Assembly (NCBI RefSeq): GCF_011386835.1
Contig: NC_088810.1
Location: 23,250,001 to 23,314,000 of the forward strand
DNA: 64,000 nt
From: Chrysemys picta bellii
Taxonomy: Eukaryota
Reading direction: 5' to 3'
A program made the translations under genes and the position numbers. Shown here piece after piece: positions 1 to 12,932 of the stretch; position 1 is the stretch's first letter; the number at the start of each line of letters is the position of its first letter. The notes under the pieces were generated by a model, which saw nothing but the letters and a program-made list of their open reading frames with translations, was not told the DNA's origin and ran no database searches.

Positions 1-406
1 ATGGACCTCTTCAAGGGACGGATTCACTCCATGGCTTTCAAAGTTGCAACTTGAGATGTGCCCGGTGCTGCCTGCTCCACAGAGATGAATTTTTAACCAA
101 GTAGGGAGAAACAAGGAGAACCATAAGACTGATATGATGATGCAACATAGTTTTTAATGTGAATGAAATTTGCAGTACAAAGTTACAGGAAGAAACAATA
201 CAGAGCAGAACCTTTTTAAGTTCCTTGTTTTACACCAGTTGGTAGGAAATAAAATACAGCATAATAGAGGCAGAGGACTAGGCAGGTTCTCCATTACATA
301 TCTGCCGTAGCATAATTCAAAGTGAGATGCTTACGATTCATATCGGTGGAAAGGATAGAACATGTAGGGCCTATTCTACTTTATTTCATGGATATTCCTG
401 TTGGGA

Positions 407-949
407 TTAACATGGCCCACAGTATCCACCGCGATACCTACGGCCATATCCCCCGTAACCGCATAATCCCCCATAACCACCTAATCCCCCATAACCGTAA
501 CCTCCCCCGTAACCACACAGTCCCCCATAACCTCCCCTGTAACCACACAATCCCCCATATCTACCCAATCCCCCATAACCACCTAATCCCCCATAACCGT
601 AACCTCCCCCGTAACCACCCAATCCCCCATAACCGTAAAGGCCCCCATAACCACCAAATCCCCCTAAACCATACAATCCTCCATAATGGCCTCCAGAACC
701 ATACAGTCCCCCCAAACCAAATGAGCCCCCGTAGCCAGCTCCGACCACAGGTGCTCCTACGGCTGCCACTTCACTCTGCTGCGGGAAAGTGCTGAGAATT
801 GGTCCTGGGAGGGTCACGACAACCGGTGATGGTCTGATGACCACTTCAGAGTCAGGGCACTGCCTGACGCACGGCTCATTGCAGCTGCCCGAAACTGGAC
901 TGGGACGGGCCACCCCGCATTCTGGATAGGACAGGCTGGAGCAAGACAT
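407..949 (-). CDS. Corneous beta-protein (beta-keratin) gene 1, 180 aa
   Basis: [11 protein letters not shown] start; CBP core [35 protein letters not shown]; Gly/Tyr tail ending GYCGPC. ATG at 949 is 21 nt after acceptor tttcag (intron 971-1612). Confidence 0.95.
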   Translation of the reverse strand: MSCSSLSYPECGVARPSPVSGSCNEPCVRQCPDSEVVIRPSPVVVTLPGPILSTFPQQSEVAAVGAPVVGAGYGGSFGLGGLYGSGGHYGGLYGLGGFGGYGGLYGYGGLGGYGGGYGYGGLGGYGGLGRYGGLCGYRGGYGGLCGYGGGYGYGGLGGYGGLCGYGGYGRRYRGGYCGPC

Positions 950-1612
950 CTTTCTGTGATGGAGATAAACCTGAAACACACAACAGGGAACAGATTCAAG
1001 AGAAGTTACAAGTGTCAGTGGAAGAAAGACTTCAAAGGTCAGTTACTATTATGGTGAGGTCTACAAGGGCCCCGAGAGAGAGGAGGAGGAGTAGACGCAG
1101 TCCCTATGTTCATGGTTATTATTTGTTCCTATTTCCGCTTTCTTCGCCTCTTCTCCTCTCCAACTAAACTTCCCTCCCAACTGGCCCCTTTGAAGTCCTC
1201 TCCATGTCTGCAACAGTGATGAATAATAGCTTCTTCAGAATAAAGTAGAAGACCAATGTATTGCCCTGTTATGGAGTGAAGTGGGAACGTTTCTTCCTAA
1301 TCTACCGAAAAGAGAAATGACTAAAGGATTTTATAAGGTCACTTAAAAGATTTAAATACCCTAATTCAACTTCCAATTAATAGAAAATATATTTCCCAGT
1401 TTCATATGTTGCTTCTACAATCCCCCCGTTAGCTTAGTATCGTGAATCCACCAGCCCTTGCAACTGAATAAGTGCACAATGTAATTATAGAATAACACCC
1501 TCATCCCTGATAAAAGTTACTGAGAGTATGTGCAAGATTCAATCTTGAAAGGAAATGGAAGCTACTAGGATATCTCTATGGTAAGAAAGAGATGGAGTCG
1601 AAATGGACTTAC

Positions 1613-1680
1613 CGTGTTCACCGAAGAGATGAAGTGCAGAGAAGTGTTTAGAAGAGTCCTGAGATGTGAGCACTTTTATA
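1613..1680 (-). promoter_or_regulatory. Gene 1 TATA box and non-coding exon 1
   Basis: TATAAAAG 1680-1673; exon ends GTGAACACG|GTAAGT, 68 nt from TATA start; TSS inferred ~1649. Confidence 0.85.
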
Positions 1681-1999
1681 CAGTTTGTAGGACTGCCTGA
1701 AGGATCTGAGATGCCTTTTATGGAGGAGGTCCCAATTAGTTACCAAACAAACTTGACTACCTTGCTAAATCCTCCTTTGGATGGAGCTGTTTTCCTCAGG
1801 GTTTGGGATTGTTGGGCTAATCTCAGCCTGAAAGGGTGTGACATTGTTGCATTCTTCAGCTTTCTTTCATCTAAAAATTGTACAAGCCAACTGCAATCCT
1901 CGTGTCATTCCACTGACTGACTTGGTGCTGCCATGAGAATGCATGTCAAGGTGATTCAGAGCTGTGTCAGTAGTACAACTGTCTCTCATGAACAGGAAT

Positions 2000-4900
2000 C
2001 TGGTTTGGTCCTTTCCATTTATGTTGGTCATGGTTAGGGGCATTGGGCAGTGCATTTTGTACTCGGTAGGAAGGAGGGAGGCATTTTTGTACATTGGATC
2101 AGATCCAGTCCCCTTTGTAATCAATGGGATTCATACCATTGCCTTCAGTGTGTTTCTTCTCAGGACCTTATATCTGAAATTCCCCCTTTGGCAGGGGGAT
2201 AGCACGATGCCTATGGCCATTTTGAGTCCAACTTGAAACGTTGAAACTAGGACTCAGCAGGGACTGTAGTGGAGCATGGGCCTTTGTGATGGCCCTCTGC
2301 CAAGGGGAGAATTTCTCCTTACAGGGATTCAAAATTAACCTAAAATTGAACCTCCACTTTTGGCACCAATTGTAAACAATTATCAAAAGAAGATTAAAAA
2401 AAAATAGAATGAGCCTCTTTAGGAGTTACTTTCAGGGTTAGTGACAGATTTAGAAGCCATGATTGGTAAGTGTCCAGTAGGGTTCAAGAGATTGAGGTTA
2501 GTATTTGACATGAGTAGTCCTGATTATTGGGGGATATTTCTGACTCTGCCAATCTCTCCCTGTCTGACCTTGAACTTAACATGTCTCCGTTCACCTCTGA
2601 GTAAAACAGGTATAATTATAATTGGAAAGCTCTTCACAAACAATTTATACAGCCAAAGTTACGTACAGTATTATTATAGTAGTAATAATATTTATTGCAA
2701 TTAGACGTTCCAATATTCACTTTAGAAATGCATGTCAAGGTCATAGATGTCATTCCAGTACTCAGTTCATGATTCTGAGCTCCCTCCCGCTAAAATGGAG
2801 GCTCTTTGAGTTTTTTTGAATGTAGCATTTTACCCCTTTTAGATATATTTTAAAGTTAAAGGGCCTGAATGTGAGCTAGTGTTGACCAGCACAACTCCTT
2901 CAACTTCAATGTGAAGAAAGGCACTTTACCCAGCCCAGGTTAGAGAAAACCTTGTGTGGGGTGTATCTTGCTGTGTATACTGTGTACCTCCACCGCCAAC
3001 TGTGTAAGTCAAATGAGACTTACCAAGTTCACCAAGACGAATAATGCTAGATAAATGATCTGAAAAGGTCTACGTTGCAGGTGCTTTCATATGATTTAGA
3101 AAGTACGTGAGATACTGTTTACTTCTGGTGAGGACATTATTCGCTACAAAACCAATCTTGTTGCATGCATAACAACTTCAATGGATGTAAATGCTTTCCT
3201 CATTGTTTGTGATTAATAGTGTAAAGCTACACTAAATATACACTACACTAAAAAAATATAGAATGAGCCTCTCTAAGAGTTTCTTTCAGGGTTAGTGTCA
3301 GATTTGGAAGCCATGATTGGTAAGTGTCCAGTAGGGTTCAAGAGATTGAGGTTAGTGTTAGGCATGAGTAGTCCCAACTATTGGGCGCTTTTTCTGATTT
3401 TGTCAATCATGCCCTGTTTGACCTTGACCTTAACATACCTCCATTCACCTCTGTGTAAAACAGGTATAATTATAATTTGAAAGCACTTCACAAATATTTT
3501 ATACGGCCAAAGAGACGTACTGTATTATTATAGTAGTAATAACTGTTTTACTGCAATTAGATGGTCCAATATTCATTTTAAAAATGTATGTTAAGGTCTC
3601 AGATGTCATTCCAGTACTCCGTTTGCCATTCTGAGCTCCCTCCCCCTCAAAGGAAGGATCTTTGATTTTTTTGAATGTAGCTTTGTTTTCTCTTGTTTGA
3701 AGGAAGGCACTTTACCCAGCCCAGGTTAGAGAAAACCTTGTGTGGGGTGTATCTTGCTGTGTATACTGCGTACCTCCACCGCCAACTGTGTAAATCAAAT
3801 CAGACTTACCAAGTTCACCAAGACGAATAACGCTAGATAAATGATCTGAAAAGGTCTACGTTGCAGGTGCTTTCATATGATTTAGAAAGTACGTGAGATA
3901 CTGTTTACTTCTGGTGAGGACATTATTCGATACAAAACCAATCTTGTTGCATGCATAACAACTTCAATGGATGTAAATGCTTTCCTCATTGTTTGTGATT
4001 ATTAGTGTAAAGCTACAATTAATGAAATTTTAATATGAAAATTATGAGGCTGTATATCATGGGAATCTGAAGAAAGAATCCAGTTTGGGCCTTTCAATTT
4101 CTGCTGGTCATGGTTAGGGGCATTGGGCAGTGCATTTTGTACCCGGTAGGAAGGAGGGAGGCATTTTTGTACATTGGGTCAGATCCAGTCCCCTTTGTAA
4201 TCAATGGGATTCATACCATTGCCTTCAGTGTGTTTCTTCTCAGGACCTTATATCTGAAATTCCCCCTTTGGCAGGGGGATAGTACGATGCCTATGGCCAT
4301 TTTGAGTCCAACTTGAAACGTTGAAACTAGGACTCAGCAGGGACTGTAGTGGAGCATGGGCCTTTGTGATGGCCCTCTGCCAAGGGGAGAATTTCTTCTT
4401 ACAGGGATTCAAAATTAACCTAAAATTGGACCTCCACTTGTGGCACCAATTATAAACAATTATCAAAGGAAGATTAAAAAAAAATAGAATGAGTCTGTTT
4501 AAGAGTTACTTTCAGGGTTAGTGACAGATTTGGAAGGCATGATTGGTAAGTGTCCAGGAGGGTTCAAGAGATTGAGGTTAGTATTTGGCATGACTAGTCC
4601 CAACTATTGGGGGCTTTTTTTGACTTTGTCAATCATGCCCTGTCTGACCTTGAACTTAATATGTCTCCGTTCACCTCTGAGTAAAACAGGTATAATTATA
4701 ATTGGAAAGCTCTTCACAAACAATTTATACAGCCAAAGTTACGTACAGTATTATTATAGTAGTAATAACTTTTTATTGCAATTAGACGTTCCAATATTCA
4801 CTTTAGAAATGCATGTCAAGGTCATAGATGTCATTCCAGTACTCGGTGCATGATTCTGAGCTCCCTCCCGCTAAAATGGAGGCTCTTTAAGTTTTTTTGA

Positions 4901-5212
4901 ATGTAGCATTTTTTCCCCTTCTAGATATATTTTAAAGTTGAAGGGCCTTAATGTGAGCTAGTGTTGACCAGCACAACTCCTTCAACTTCAATTTGAAGGA
5001 AGGCAATTTACCCAGCCCAGGGTAGAGAAAACCTTGTGTGGGGTGTATCTTTCTGTGTATACTCCGTACCTCCACTCCCAACTGTGTAAGTCAAATCAGA
5101 CTTACCAAGTTCACCAAGACGAATAATGCGAGATAAATGATCTGAAAAGTTCTAAGTTGCAGGTGCTTTCATATCATTTAGAAAGTACGTGAGATACTCT
5201 TTACTTCTGGTA
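2000..5212. repeat. Tandem array of ~1.3-kb unit X (three units, one internally deleted)
   Basis: Recurrent blocks seen as repeated MTDLEAMIGK/MGLS/MIIVYNW shadow ORFs; deletion junction ~3240. Confidence 0.8.
3024..3091 (-). promoter_or_regulatory. Relic CBP TATA/exon-1/donor module, class R (representative of 15)
   Basis: Minus strand TATGAAAG ...TCTTGGTGAACTTG|GTAAGT, exactly 68 nt as in functional genes. Other copies: 3810-3877, 5106-5173, 7974-8041, 9262-9329, 14277-14344, 16873-16940, 18159-18226, 23274-23341, 24494-24561, 32700-32767, 33907-33974, 52335-52402, 62415-62482 (all -) and 48231-48298 (+). Confidence 0.65.
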
Positions 5213-5604
5213 CTTCTACCGAGTACAAAATGCACTGCCCAATGCCCCTAACCATGACCAGCATAAATGGAAAGGACCAAACCAGATTCCTGTTCATGAG
5301 AGACAGTTGTACTACTGACACAGCTCTGAATCACCTTGACATGCATTCTCATGCCAGCACCAAGTCAGTCAGTGGAATGACACGAGGATTGCACTTGGCT
5401 TGTACAATTTTTAGATGAAAGAAAGCTGAAGAATGCAACAATGTCACACCCTTTCAGGCTGAGATTAGCCCAACAATTCCAAACCCTGAGGAAAACAGCT
5501 CCATCCAAAGGAGGATTTAGCAAGGCAGTCAAGTTTGTTTGGTAACTAATTGGGACCGCCTCCATAAAAGGCATCTCAGATCCTTCAGGCAGTCCTACAA
5601 ACTG

Positions 5605-5672
5605 TATAAAAGTGCTCACATCTCAGGACTCTTCTAAACACTTCTCTGCACTTCATCTCTTCGGTGAACACG
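5605..5672 (+). promoter_or_regulatory. Gene 2 TATA box and exon 1
   Basis: TATAAAAG 5605-5612; donor GTAAGT at 5673. Confidence 0.85.
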
Positions 5673-6335
5673 GTAAGTCCATTTCGACTCCATCTCTTTC
5701 TTACCATAGAGATATCCTAGTAGCTTCCATTTCCTTTCAAGATTGAATCTTGCACTTACTCTCAGTGACTTTCATCAGGGATGAGGGTGTTATTCCATAA
5801 TTACATTGTGCACTTATTCAGTTGCAAGGGCTGGTGAATTCACGATGCTAAGCTAACGGGGGGATTGTAGAAGCAACATATGGAACTGGGAAATATATTT
5901 TCTATTAATTGGAAGTTGAATTAGGGTATTTAAATCTTTTAAGTGACCTTATAAAATCCTTTAGTCATTTCCCTTTTCGGTAGATTAGGAAGAAGCGTTC
6001 CCAGTTCACTCCATAACGGGGCAGTACATTGGTCTTCTACTTTATTCTGAAGAAGCTATTATTCATCACTGTTGCAGACATGGAGAGGACTTCAAAGGGG
6101 CCAGTTGGGAGGGAAGTTTAGTGGGAGAGGAGAAGAGGCGAAGAAAGCGGAAATAGGAACAAATAATAACCATGTACATAGGGACTGTGTCTACTCCTCC
6201 TCCTCTCTCTCGGGGCCCTTGTAGACCTCACCATAATAGTAACTGAGCTTTGAAGCCTTTCTTCCACTGACACTTATAACTTCTCTTGAATCTGTTCCCT
6301 GTTGTGTGTTTCAGGTTTATCTCCATCACAGAAAG

Positions 6336-6896
6336 ATGTCTTGCTCCAGCCTGTCCTATCCAGAATGCGGGGTGGCCCGTCCCAGTCCAGTTTCTGGCAG
6401 TTGCAATGAGCCGTGCATCAGGCAGTGCCCTGACTCTGAAGTGGTCATCAGACCATCACCGGTTGTCGTGACCCTCCCAGGACCAATTCTCAGCACTTTC
6501 CCGCAGCAGAGTGAAGTGGCAGCCGTAGGAGCACCTGTGGTCGGAGCTGGCTATGGGGGCTCATTCGGTTTGGGGGGATTGTATGGTTCTGGAGGCCGTT
6601 ATGGAGGATTGTATGGTTTAGGGGGATTTGGTGGTTATGGGGGCCTTTACGGTTATGGGGGATTGGGTGGTTATGGGGGATTGTGTGGTTACGGGGGAGG
6701 TTACGGTTATGGGGGATTAGGTGGTTATGGGGGATTGGGTAGATATGGGGGATTGTGTGGTTACGGGGGAGGTTATGGGGGATTGTGTGGTTACGGGGGA
6801 GGTTACGGTTATGGGGGATTAGGTGGTTATGGGGGATTATGCGGTTACGGGGGATATGGCCGTAGGTATCGCGGTGGATACTGTGGGCCATGTTAA
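6336..6896 (+). CDS. Corneous beta-protein gene 2, 186 aa
   Basis: Same core (CIRQ variant) and Gly/Tyr tail; intron 5673-6314, GT-AG. Confidence 0.95.
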   Translation: MSCSSLSYPECGVARPSPVSGSCNEPCIRQCPDSEVVIRPSPVVVTLPGPILSTFPQQSEVAAVGAPVVGAGYGGSFGLGGLYGSGGRYGGLYGLGGFGGYGGLYGYGGLGGYGGLCGYGGGYGYGGLGGYGGLGRYGGLCGYGGGYGGLCGYGGGYGYGGLGGYGGLCGYGGYGRRYRGGYCGPC

Positions 6897-6917
6897 TCCC
6901 AACAGGAATATCCATGA

Positions 6918-7138
6918 AATAAAGTAGAATAGGCCCTACATGTTCTATCCTTTCCACCGATATGTATCGTAAGCATCTCACTTTGAATTATGCTACGGCA
7001 GATATGTAATGGAGAACCTGCCTAGTCCTCTGCCTCTATTATGCTGTATTTTATTTCCTACCAACTGGTGTAAAACAAGGTTCTGCTCTGTATTGTTTCT
7101 TCCTGTAACTTTGTACTGCAAATTTCATTTACATTAAA
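6918..7138 (+). terminator. Candidate tandem polyadenylation signals (gene 2 shown; paralogous in the others)
   Basis: AATAAA 6918-6923 shortly after the stop; ATTAAA 7133-7138 followed by a GT/T-rich stretch. Confidence 0.55.
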
Positions 7139-7199
7139 AACAATGTTGCATCATCAGATCAGTCTTATGGTTCTCCTTGTTTCTCCCTATTCGGTTAAA

Positions 7200-9525
7200 A
7201 ATTCATCTGAAATTCCCCCTTTGGCAGAGGGATAGTATGATGCCTATGGACATTTTGAGTCCAACTTGAAAGATTCAAACTAGGATTCATCAGGGACTGT
7301 AGTTTAGGACGGGTCTTTGTGCTGACCCTCTGCAAAGGGGAGAATTTCTCCTTACAGGGATTCAAAATTAACCTAAAATTGGACCTCCACTTGTGGCACC
7401 AATTCTAAACAATTATCAAAGAAGATTAAAAAATAAAATGAGCCTCTCTAAGAGGGTTAGTGACAGATTTGGAAGCCATGATTGGTAAGTGTCCAGTAGG
7501 GTTCAAGAGATTGAAGTTAGTGTTAGGCATGAGTAGTCCCAACTATTGGGGGCTTTTTCTGATTTTGTCAATCATGCCCTGTCTGACCTTGACCTTAATA
7601 TGTCTCCATTCACCTCTGTGTAAAACAGGTATAATTATAATTTGAAAGCACTTCACAAACATTTTATAGGGCCAAAGAGACGTACTGTATTATTATAGTA
7701 GTAATAACTTTTTACTGCAATTAGATGGTCCAATATTCACTTTAAAAATTTATGTTAAGGTCTCTGATGTCATTCCAGTACTCCGTTTGCCATTCTGACC
7801 TCCCTCCCCATCAAAGGAAGGATCTTTGAATTTTTTGAATGTAGCTTTGTTTTCTCTTGTTTGAAGGAAGGCACTTTACCCAACCTAGGTTAGAGAAAAC
7901 CTTTTGTGGAGTGTATCTTTCTGTGCATACACTGCACCTCCACCCCCAACTGTGTGAGTGAAATAAGACTTACCAACTTCACCAAGACAAATAACGCTAG
8001 ATAAGTGATCTGAAAAGTTCTAAGTTGCAGGTGCTTTCATATGATTTAGAAAGGATGTGAGATGCACTTTACTTCAGGCGAAGACATTTTTCGCTACAAA
8101 ACCAATCTTGTTGAATGCATAACAACTTCAATGGATGTAAATGCTTTCCTCATTGTTTGTGATTGTTAGTGTAAAGCTACAATTATTGAAAATTTAATAT
8201 GAAAATTATGAGGCTGTATATTATGGGAATTTAAGAAGGAATCCAGTTTGGGCCTTTCAGTTTATGCTGGTCATGGTTGGGGCATTGGGCAGTGCATTTT
8301 GTACCCGGTAGAAAGGAGGGAGGCATTTTTGTGCACTGGGTCAGATCCAGTTCCCTTTGTAATCAATGGGAATCATTCTATTGCCTTCAGGACCTTATAT
8401 CTGAAATACCCCCTTTGGCAGGGGGATAGTAAGAAGCCTGTGGACAGTTTGAGTCCAACTTGAAACGTTCAAACTAGGACTCAGCAAGGACTGTAGTGGA
8501 GCATGGGCCTGTTTGATGGTCCTCTGCCCAGGGGACAATTTCTCCTTACAGGGATTCAAAATTGATCTAAAATTGGACCTTCACTTGTGGCACCAATTGT
8601 AAACAATTATCAAATGAAAATTAAAAAAAAATAGAATGAGACTCTCTAAGAGTTACTTTCAGGGTTAGTGACAGATTTGGAAGCCATGACTGCTAAGTGT
8701 CCGGTAGGGTTCAAGAGATTGAGGTTAGTGTTTGGCAGGAGTAGTCCCAACTATTGGGGGCTATTTCTGACTCTACCAATCTCTCCCTGTGTGACCTTGA
8801 CCTTGATCTTAACATGCCTCCGTTCACCTCTGTGTAAAACAGGTATAATTATAATTTTAAAGCACTTCACAAACACTTTATATGGCCAAAGAGACGTAGT
8901 GAATTATTATAGTACAGTAGTAATAACTTTTTACTGAAATTAGATGTTCCAAAATTCACTTTAAAAATGCATGTCAAGGTCTCAGAGGTCATTCAAGTAC
9001 TTCGTTCGCCATTCTGAGCTCCCTCCCCCTCAAATGGAGGCTCTTTGATTTTTTTGAATGTAGCTTTGTTTTCCCTTGTTTATATATTTTAAAGTTAAGG
9101 GATTGAATGTGAGCTAGTGTAGACCAACACAACTCCATCATCTTCAGTTTGAAGGAAGGCACTTTACCCAGCCCAGGTTAGAGAAAACCTTGTGTGGAGT
9201 GTATCTTTCCGTGTATACTCTGTACCTCCACTGCCAACTCTGTGAGTCAAATCAGACTTACCAAGTTCACCAAGATGAATAACGCTACATAATTGATCTG
9301 GTAAGTTCTAAGTTGCAGGTGCTTTCATATGATTTAGAAAGGATGTGAAATGCCCTTTTCTTCTGATGAGGACCTTATTAGCTACGAAACCAATCTTGTT
9401 GCATTCATAACAACTTCAATGGATGTAAATGTTTTCCTCATTGTTTGTGATTATTAGTGTAAAGCTATCACTGATGAAATTTTAATACCCAAATTATGAG
9501 GCTGTATATTATGGCCTGAGTAGGG
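7200..9525. repeat. Unit X tandem pair
   Basis: Two units; duplicated at 16097-18425 (offset ~8897). Confidence 0.8.
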
Positions 9526-11640
9526 AGGGACATGAGAGACCTTGCTGTGCCTTTTGTGTTATCCAATCAAAAATTTGATTATTGGAAAATATTCATCTTC
9601 TGGGAGCTGAAAGGCACAAAAATGTTGACGACGTGTGTAGATGAAAATGTAGTTTTTAATTTGCAGTTCCTGCAATATCATGCCATGATAGACCCTGGGG
9701 ATATGATATATATGGAGTGTAGTGAGCAACAGCAACCTCAAAAGCCATTAGACTCTTGTACTACATTAAGTTGTGGAGTTAAAGTTGAGAAGAGCTTTCT
9801 AGTGAACAGCCAAACCTTCAAAGCGCTCTAGAAGCAAAGGCTGCCTGTCTCCAAAGATACTCTGCCATTCCAGGGGTCGGGGCTAGACTTAATCATGCAT
9901 TAACCGAGCAATTTGCTGGCCAATTTTCTTTTCCTTCTGAAAACCTGTGTCCTTCTGCTTCAAACAGTCACACCGATGCTTACCCTGAACCACGTGATTG
10001 GTCTTCTTGAAACCAAAGGAAAAATGTACACAGGATTTTTTCAGACAAAGACAGTAACAAGGATTCAATAGAGCTGGTTAGGGTGGTGACTAAGGGTAAG
10101 TAGAGCAAGAAGACTAAAAGCAGAATACGGGACCAGAGTTGGAGACACGAAGAGAGGGGCTAGGTCTGTCTTTGTTACTCTCTTTCTCTCTCTCGCTCTC
10201 TCTCTCTCTTTAGGTCTATACATGACCTCAATTGTGTTTTGCCTTAGTTGAGACTGACCAAGGGGAAACAAGTAATTGAAAATGGTGGCACACCGGACTT
10301 GTTTGTCAAACTCTACAGCTGCAATAAAGAAGACAATTTGAGAAATACATTACTTTGGAGCTGGTGACAGGATATGGCCTTCGTGAAACCATGGATATAT
10401 AGCCTTTTCTTTTCTTTTGAAAATTTCTACTCCCCTTTATTTCAAATTCAAATATATAATACATTATACTATTGGTCTTCTGGTTTTAATTTCTCCTCAA
10501 TTCGTTATCTTTTCATATCATGAAAGGCTTCCATATCATTTGACCAAAGAGGAAGACTGGCAGTATTAGGGCATTTGTTCTCAATGAAGCTTATGAATTG
10601 CCAGGGAAAGGCTAACAGCTCATAGTAAAGGTTTCTTCCTCAGCCGTTCAGGACTTCAATGCTGCAGCTTTAAATTGCTATCATCCTCGAGTATCTCAAA
10701 GGGGAGGGATTAATCCTTAGCCCATAGAGTAGTGCTAGGGATGGAAACGGGGATTGGTTTGGCCAAATGCCTCCAGATAAAGCACCCATATCAAATGGCC
10801 ATGTCAATAAAGTTTTCCCAGTCTTTGTCTTTATCCATAATCTCTGCTGAAAAACCCAAATCCTGGGGAAAGGAAGCTCTATAGAAAAGTGAGGTTACTT
10901 GTGGACTTAAAGTTGAGAAGAGCTTTCTAGTGAACAGCCAAACCTTCAAAGAGCTCTAGAAGCAACGGCTGCCTGTCTCCAAAGATACTCTGAAATTCAA
11001 GGGGTCGGGGCTAGATTTAACGATGCATTAACCAAGCAATTTGCTGGCCAATTTTCTTTTCCTTCTGAAAACCTGGGCCCTTCTCCTGCAAACAGTCACA
11101 CCGATGCTTACCATGAAACCAAAAAAAAATGTACATTCTTTAAGTGACAATATGGATAAATCATTTCAGGAAAAGACACTTTGCTCAACCAGGTAAGGAA
11201 AGGAGGAACTCTTTGCAGAGGGCTTGTATAATCCTATGGACCTCTTCAAGGGCCGGATTCACTCCATGGCTTTCAAAGTTGCAACTTGAGATGTGCCCGG
11301 GCTGCCTGCTCCACAGACATGAATTTTTAACCAAGTAGGGAGAAACAAGGAGAACCATAAGACTGATATGATGATGCAACATAGTTTTTAATGTGAATGA
11401 AATTTGCAGTACAAAGTTACAGGAAGAAACAATACAGAGCAGAACCTTTTTAAGTTCCTTGTTTTACACCAGTTGGTAGGAAATAAAATACAGCATAATA
11501 GAGGCAGAGGACTAGGCAGGTTCTCCATTACATATCTGCCGTACCATAATTCAAAGTGAGATGCTTACGATATATATCGGTGGAAAGGATAGAACATGTA
11601 GGGCCCATTCTACTTTATTTCATGGATATTCCTGTTGGGA

Positions 11641-12201
11641 TTAACATGGCCCACAGTATCCACCGCGATACCTACGGCCATATCCCCCGTAACCGCATAA
11701 TCCCCCATAACCACCTAATCCCCCATAACCGTAACCTCCCCCGTAACCACACAGTCCCCCATAACCTCCCCCGTAACCACACAATCCCCCATATCTACCC
11801 AATCCCCCATAACCACCTAATCCCCCATAACCGTAACCTCCCCCGTAACCACACAGTCCCCCATAACCACCCAATCCCCCATAACCGTAAAGGCCCCCAT
11901 AACCACCAAATCCCCCTAAACCATACAATCCTCCATATTGGCCTCCAGAACCATACAGTCCCCCCAAACCGAATGAGCCCCCATAGCCAGCTCCGACCAC
12001 AGGTGTTCCTACGGCTGCCACTTCACTCTGCTGAGGGAAAGTGCTGAGAATTGGTCCTGGGAGGGTCACGGCAACCGGTGATGGTCTGATGACCACTTCA
12101 GAGTCAGGGCACTGCCTAACGCACGGCTCATTGCAGCTGCCAGAAACTGGACTGGGACGGGCCACCCCACATTCTGGATAGGACAGGCTGGAGCAAGACA
12201 T
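11641..12201 (-). CDS. Corneous beta-protein gene 3, 186 aa
   Basis: CBP core (PVAVT variant, VGTP); intron 12223-12864. Confidence 0.95.
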   Translation of the reverse strand: MSCSSLSYPECGVARPSPVSGSCNEPCVRQCPDSEVVIRPSPVAVTLPGPILSTFPQQSEVAAVGTPVVGAGYGGSFGLGGLYGSGGQYGGLYGLGGFGGYGGLYGYGGLGGYGGLCGYGGGYGYGGLGGYGGLGRYGGLCGYGGGYGGLCGYGGGYGYGGLGGYGGLCGYGGYGRRYRGGYCGPC

Positions 12202-12864
12202 CTTTCTGTGATGGAGATAAACCTGAAACACACAACAGGGAACAGATTCAAGAGAAGTTACAAGTGTCAGTGGAAGAAAGGCTTCAAAGCTCAGTTACTA
12301 TTATGGTGAGATCTACAAGGGCCCCGAGAGAGAGGAGGAGGAGGAGACGCAGTCCTTATGTTCATGGTTATTATTTGTTCCTATTTCCGCTTTCTTCGCC
12401 TCTTCTCCTCTCCAACTAAACTTCCCTCCCAACTGGCCCCTTTGAAATCCTCTCCATGTCTGCAACAGTGATGAATAATAGCTTCTTCAGAATAAAGTAG
12501 AAGACCAATATATTGCCCTGTTATGGAGTGAACTGGTAATGTTTCTTACTAATCTACCAACAAGAGAAATGACTAAAGGATTTTATAAGGTCACTTAAAA
12601 GATTTAAATGCCCTAATTATACTTCCAATTAATAGACAATATATTTCCCATTTCCATATGTTGCTTCTTCAATCCCCCCGTAAGCTTAGCATTGTGAATC
12701 CACCAGCCCTTGCAATTGAATAAGTGCACAATGTAATTATGGAATAACACCCTCATCCCTGATAAAAGTCACTGAGAGTAAGTGCAAGATTCAATCTTGA
12801 ACGGAAATGGAAGCTACTAGGATATCTCTATGGTAAGAAAGAGATGGAGTCGAAATGGACTTAC

Positions 12865-12932
12865 CGTGTTCACCGAAGAGATGAAGTGCAGAGAAGTGTT
12901 TAGAAGAGTCCTGAGATGTGAGCACTTTTATA
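12865..12932 (-). promoter_or_regulatory. Gene 3 TATA box and exon 1
   Basis: Same 68-nt TATA-to-donor module. Confidence 0.85.

Larger units (their letters stand above)
83..7207. repeat. Inverted repeat holding genes 1 and 2 head-to-head
   Basis: Arms ~83-2070 and ~5215-7207 are reverse complements. The gene 3/4 pair has arms ~11317-13070 and ~14370-16105. Confidence 0.85.

Noticed and set aside
322-795. Antisense Pro/His/Asn-rich ORFs (149-197 aa) opposite every CBP gene
   Set aside because: Shadow frames of the Gly/Tyr repeats (reverse of GGN/TAY rarely gives stops); non-ATG starts; they track the sense-strand indels exactly.
950-979. N-terminal extension [10 protein letters not shown] in the ORF track
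   Set aside because: Starts at a GTG inside the intron acceptor (gtgtttcag|gtttat); the real ATG is 30 nt downstream.
2441-2704. Recurrent short ORFs (MTDLEAMIGK, MSTFIQFVGL, MITKGTGSD, MLSSSSISK, MIIVYNW and others)
   Set aside because: They recur only because the DNA is duplicated; lengths and stops vary between copies, many starts are non-ATG, and I recognise no domain.
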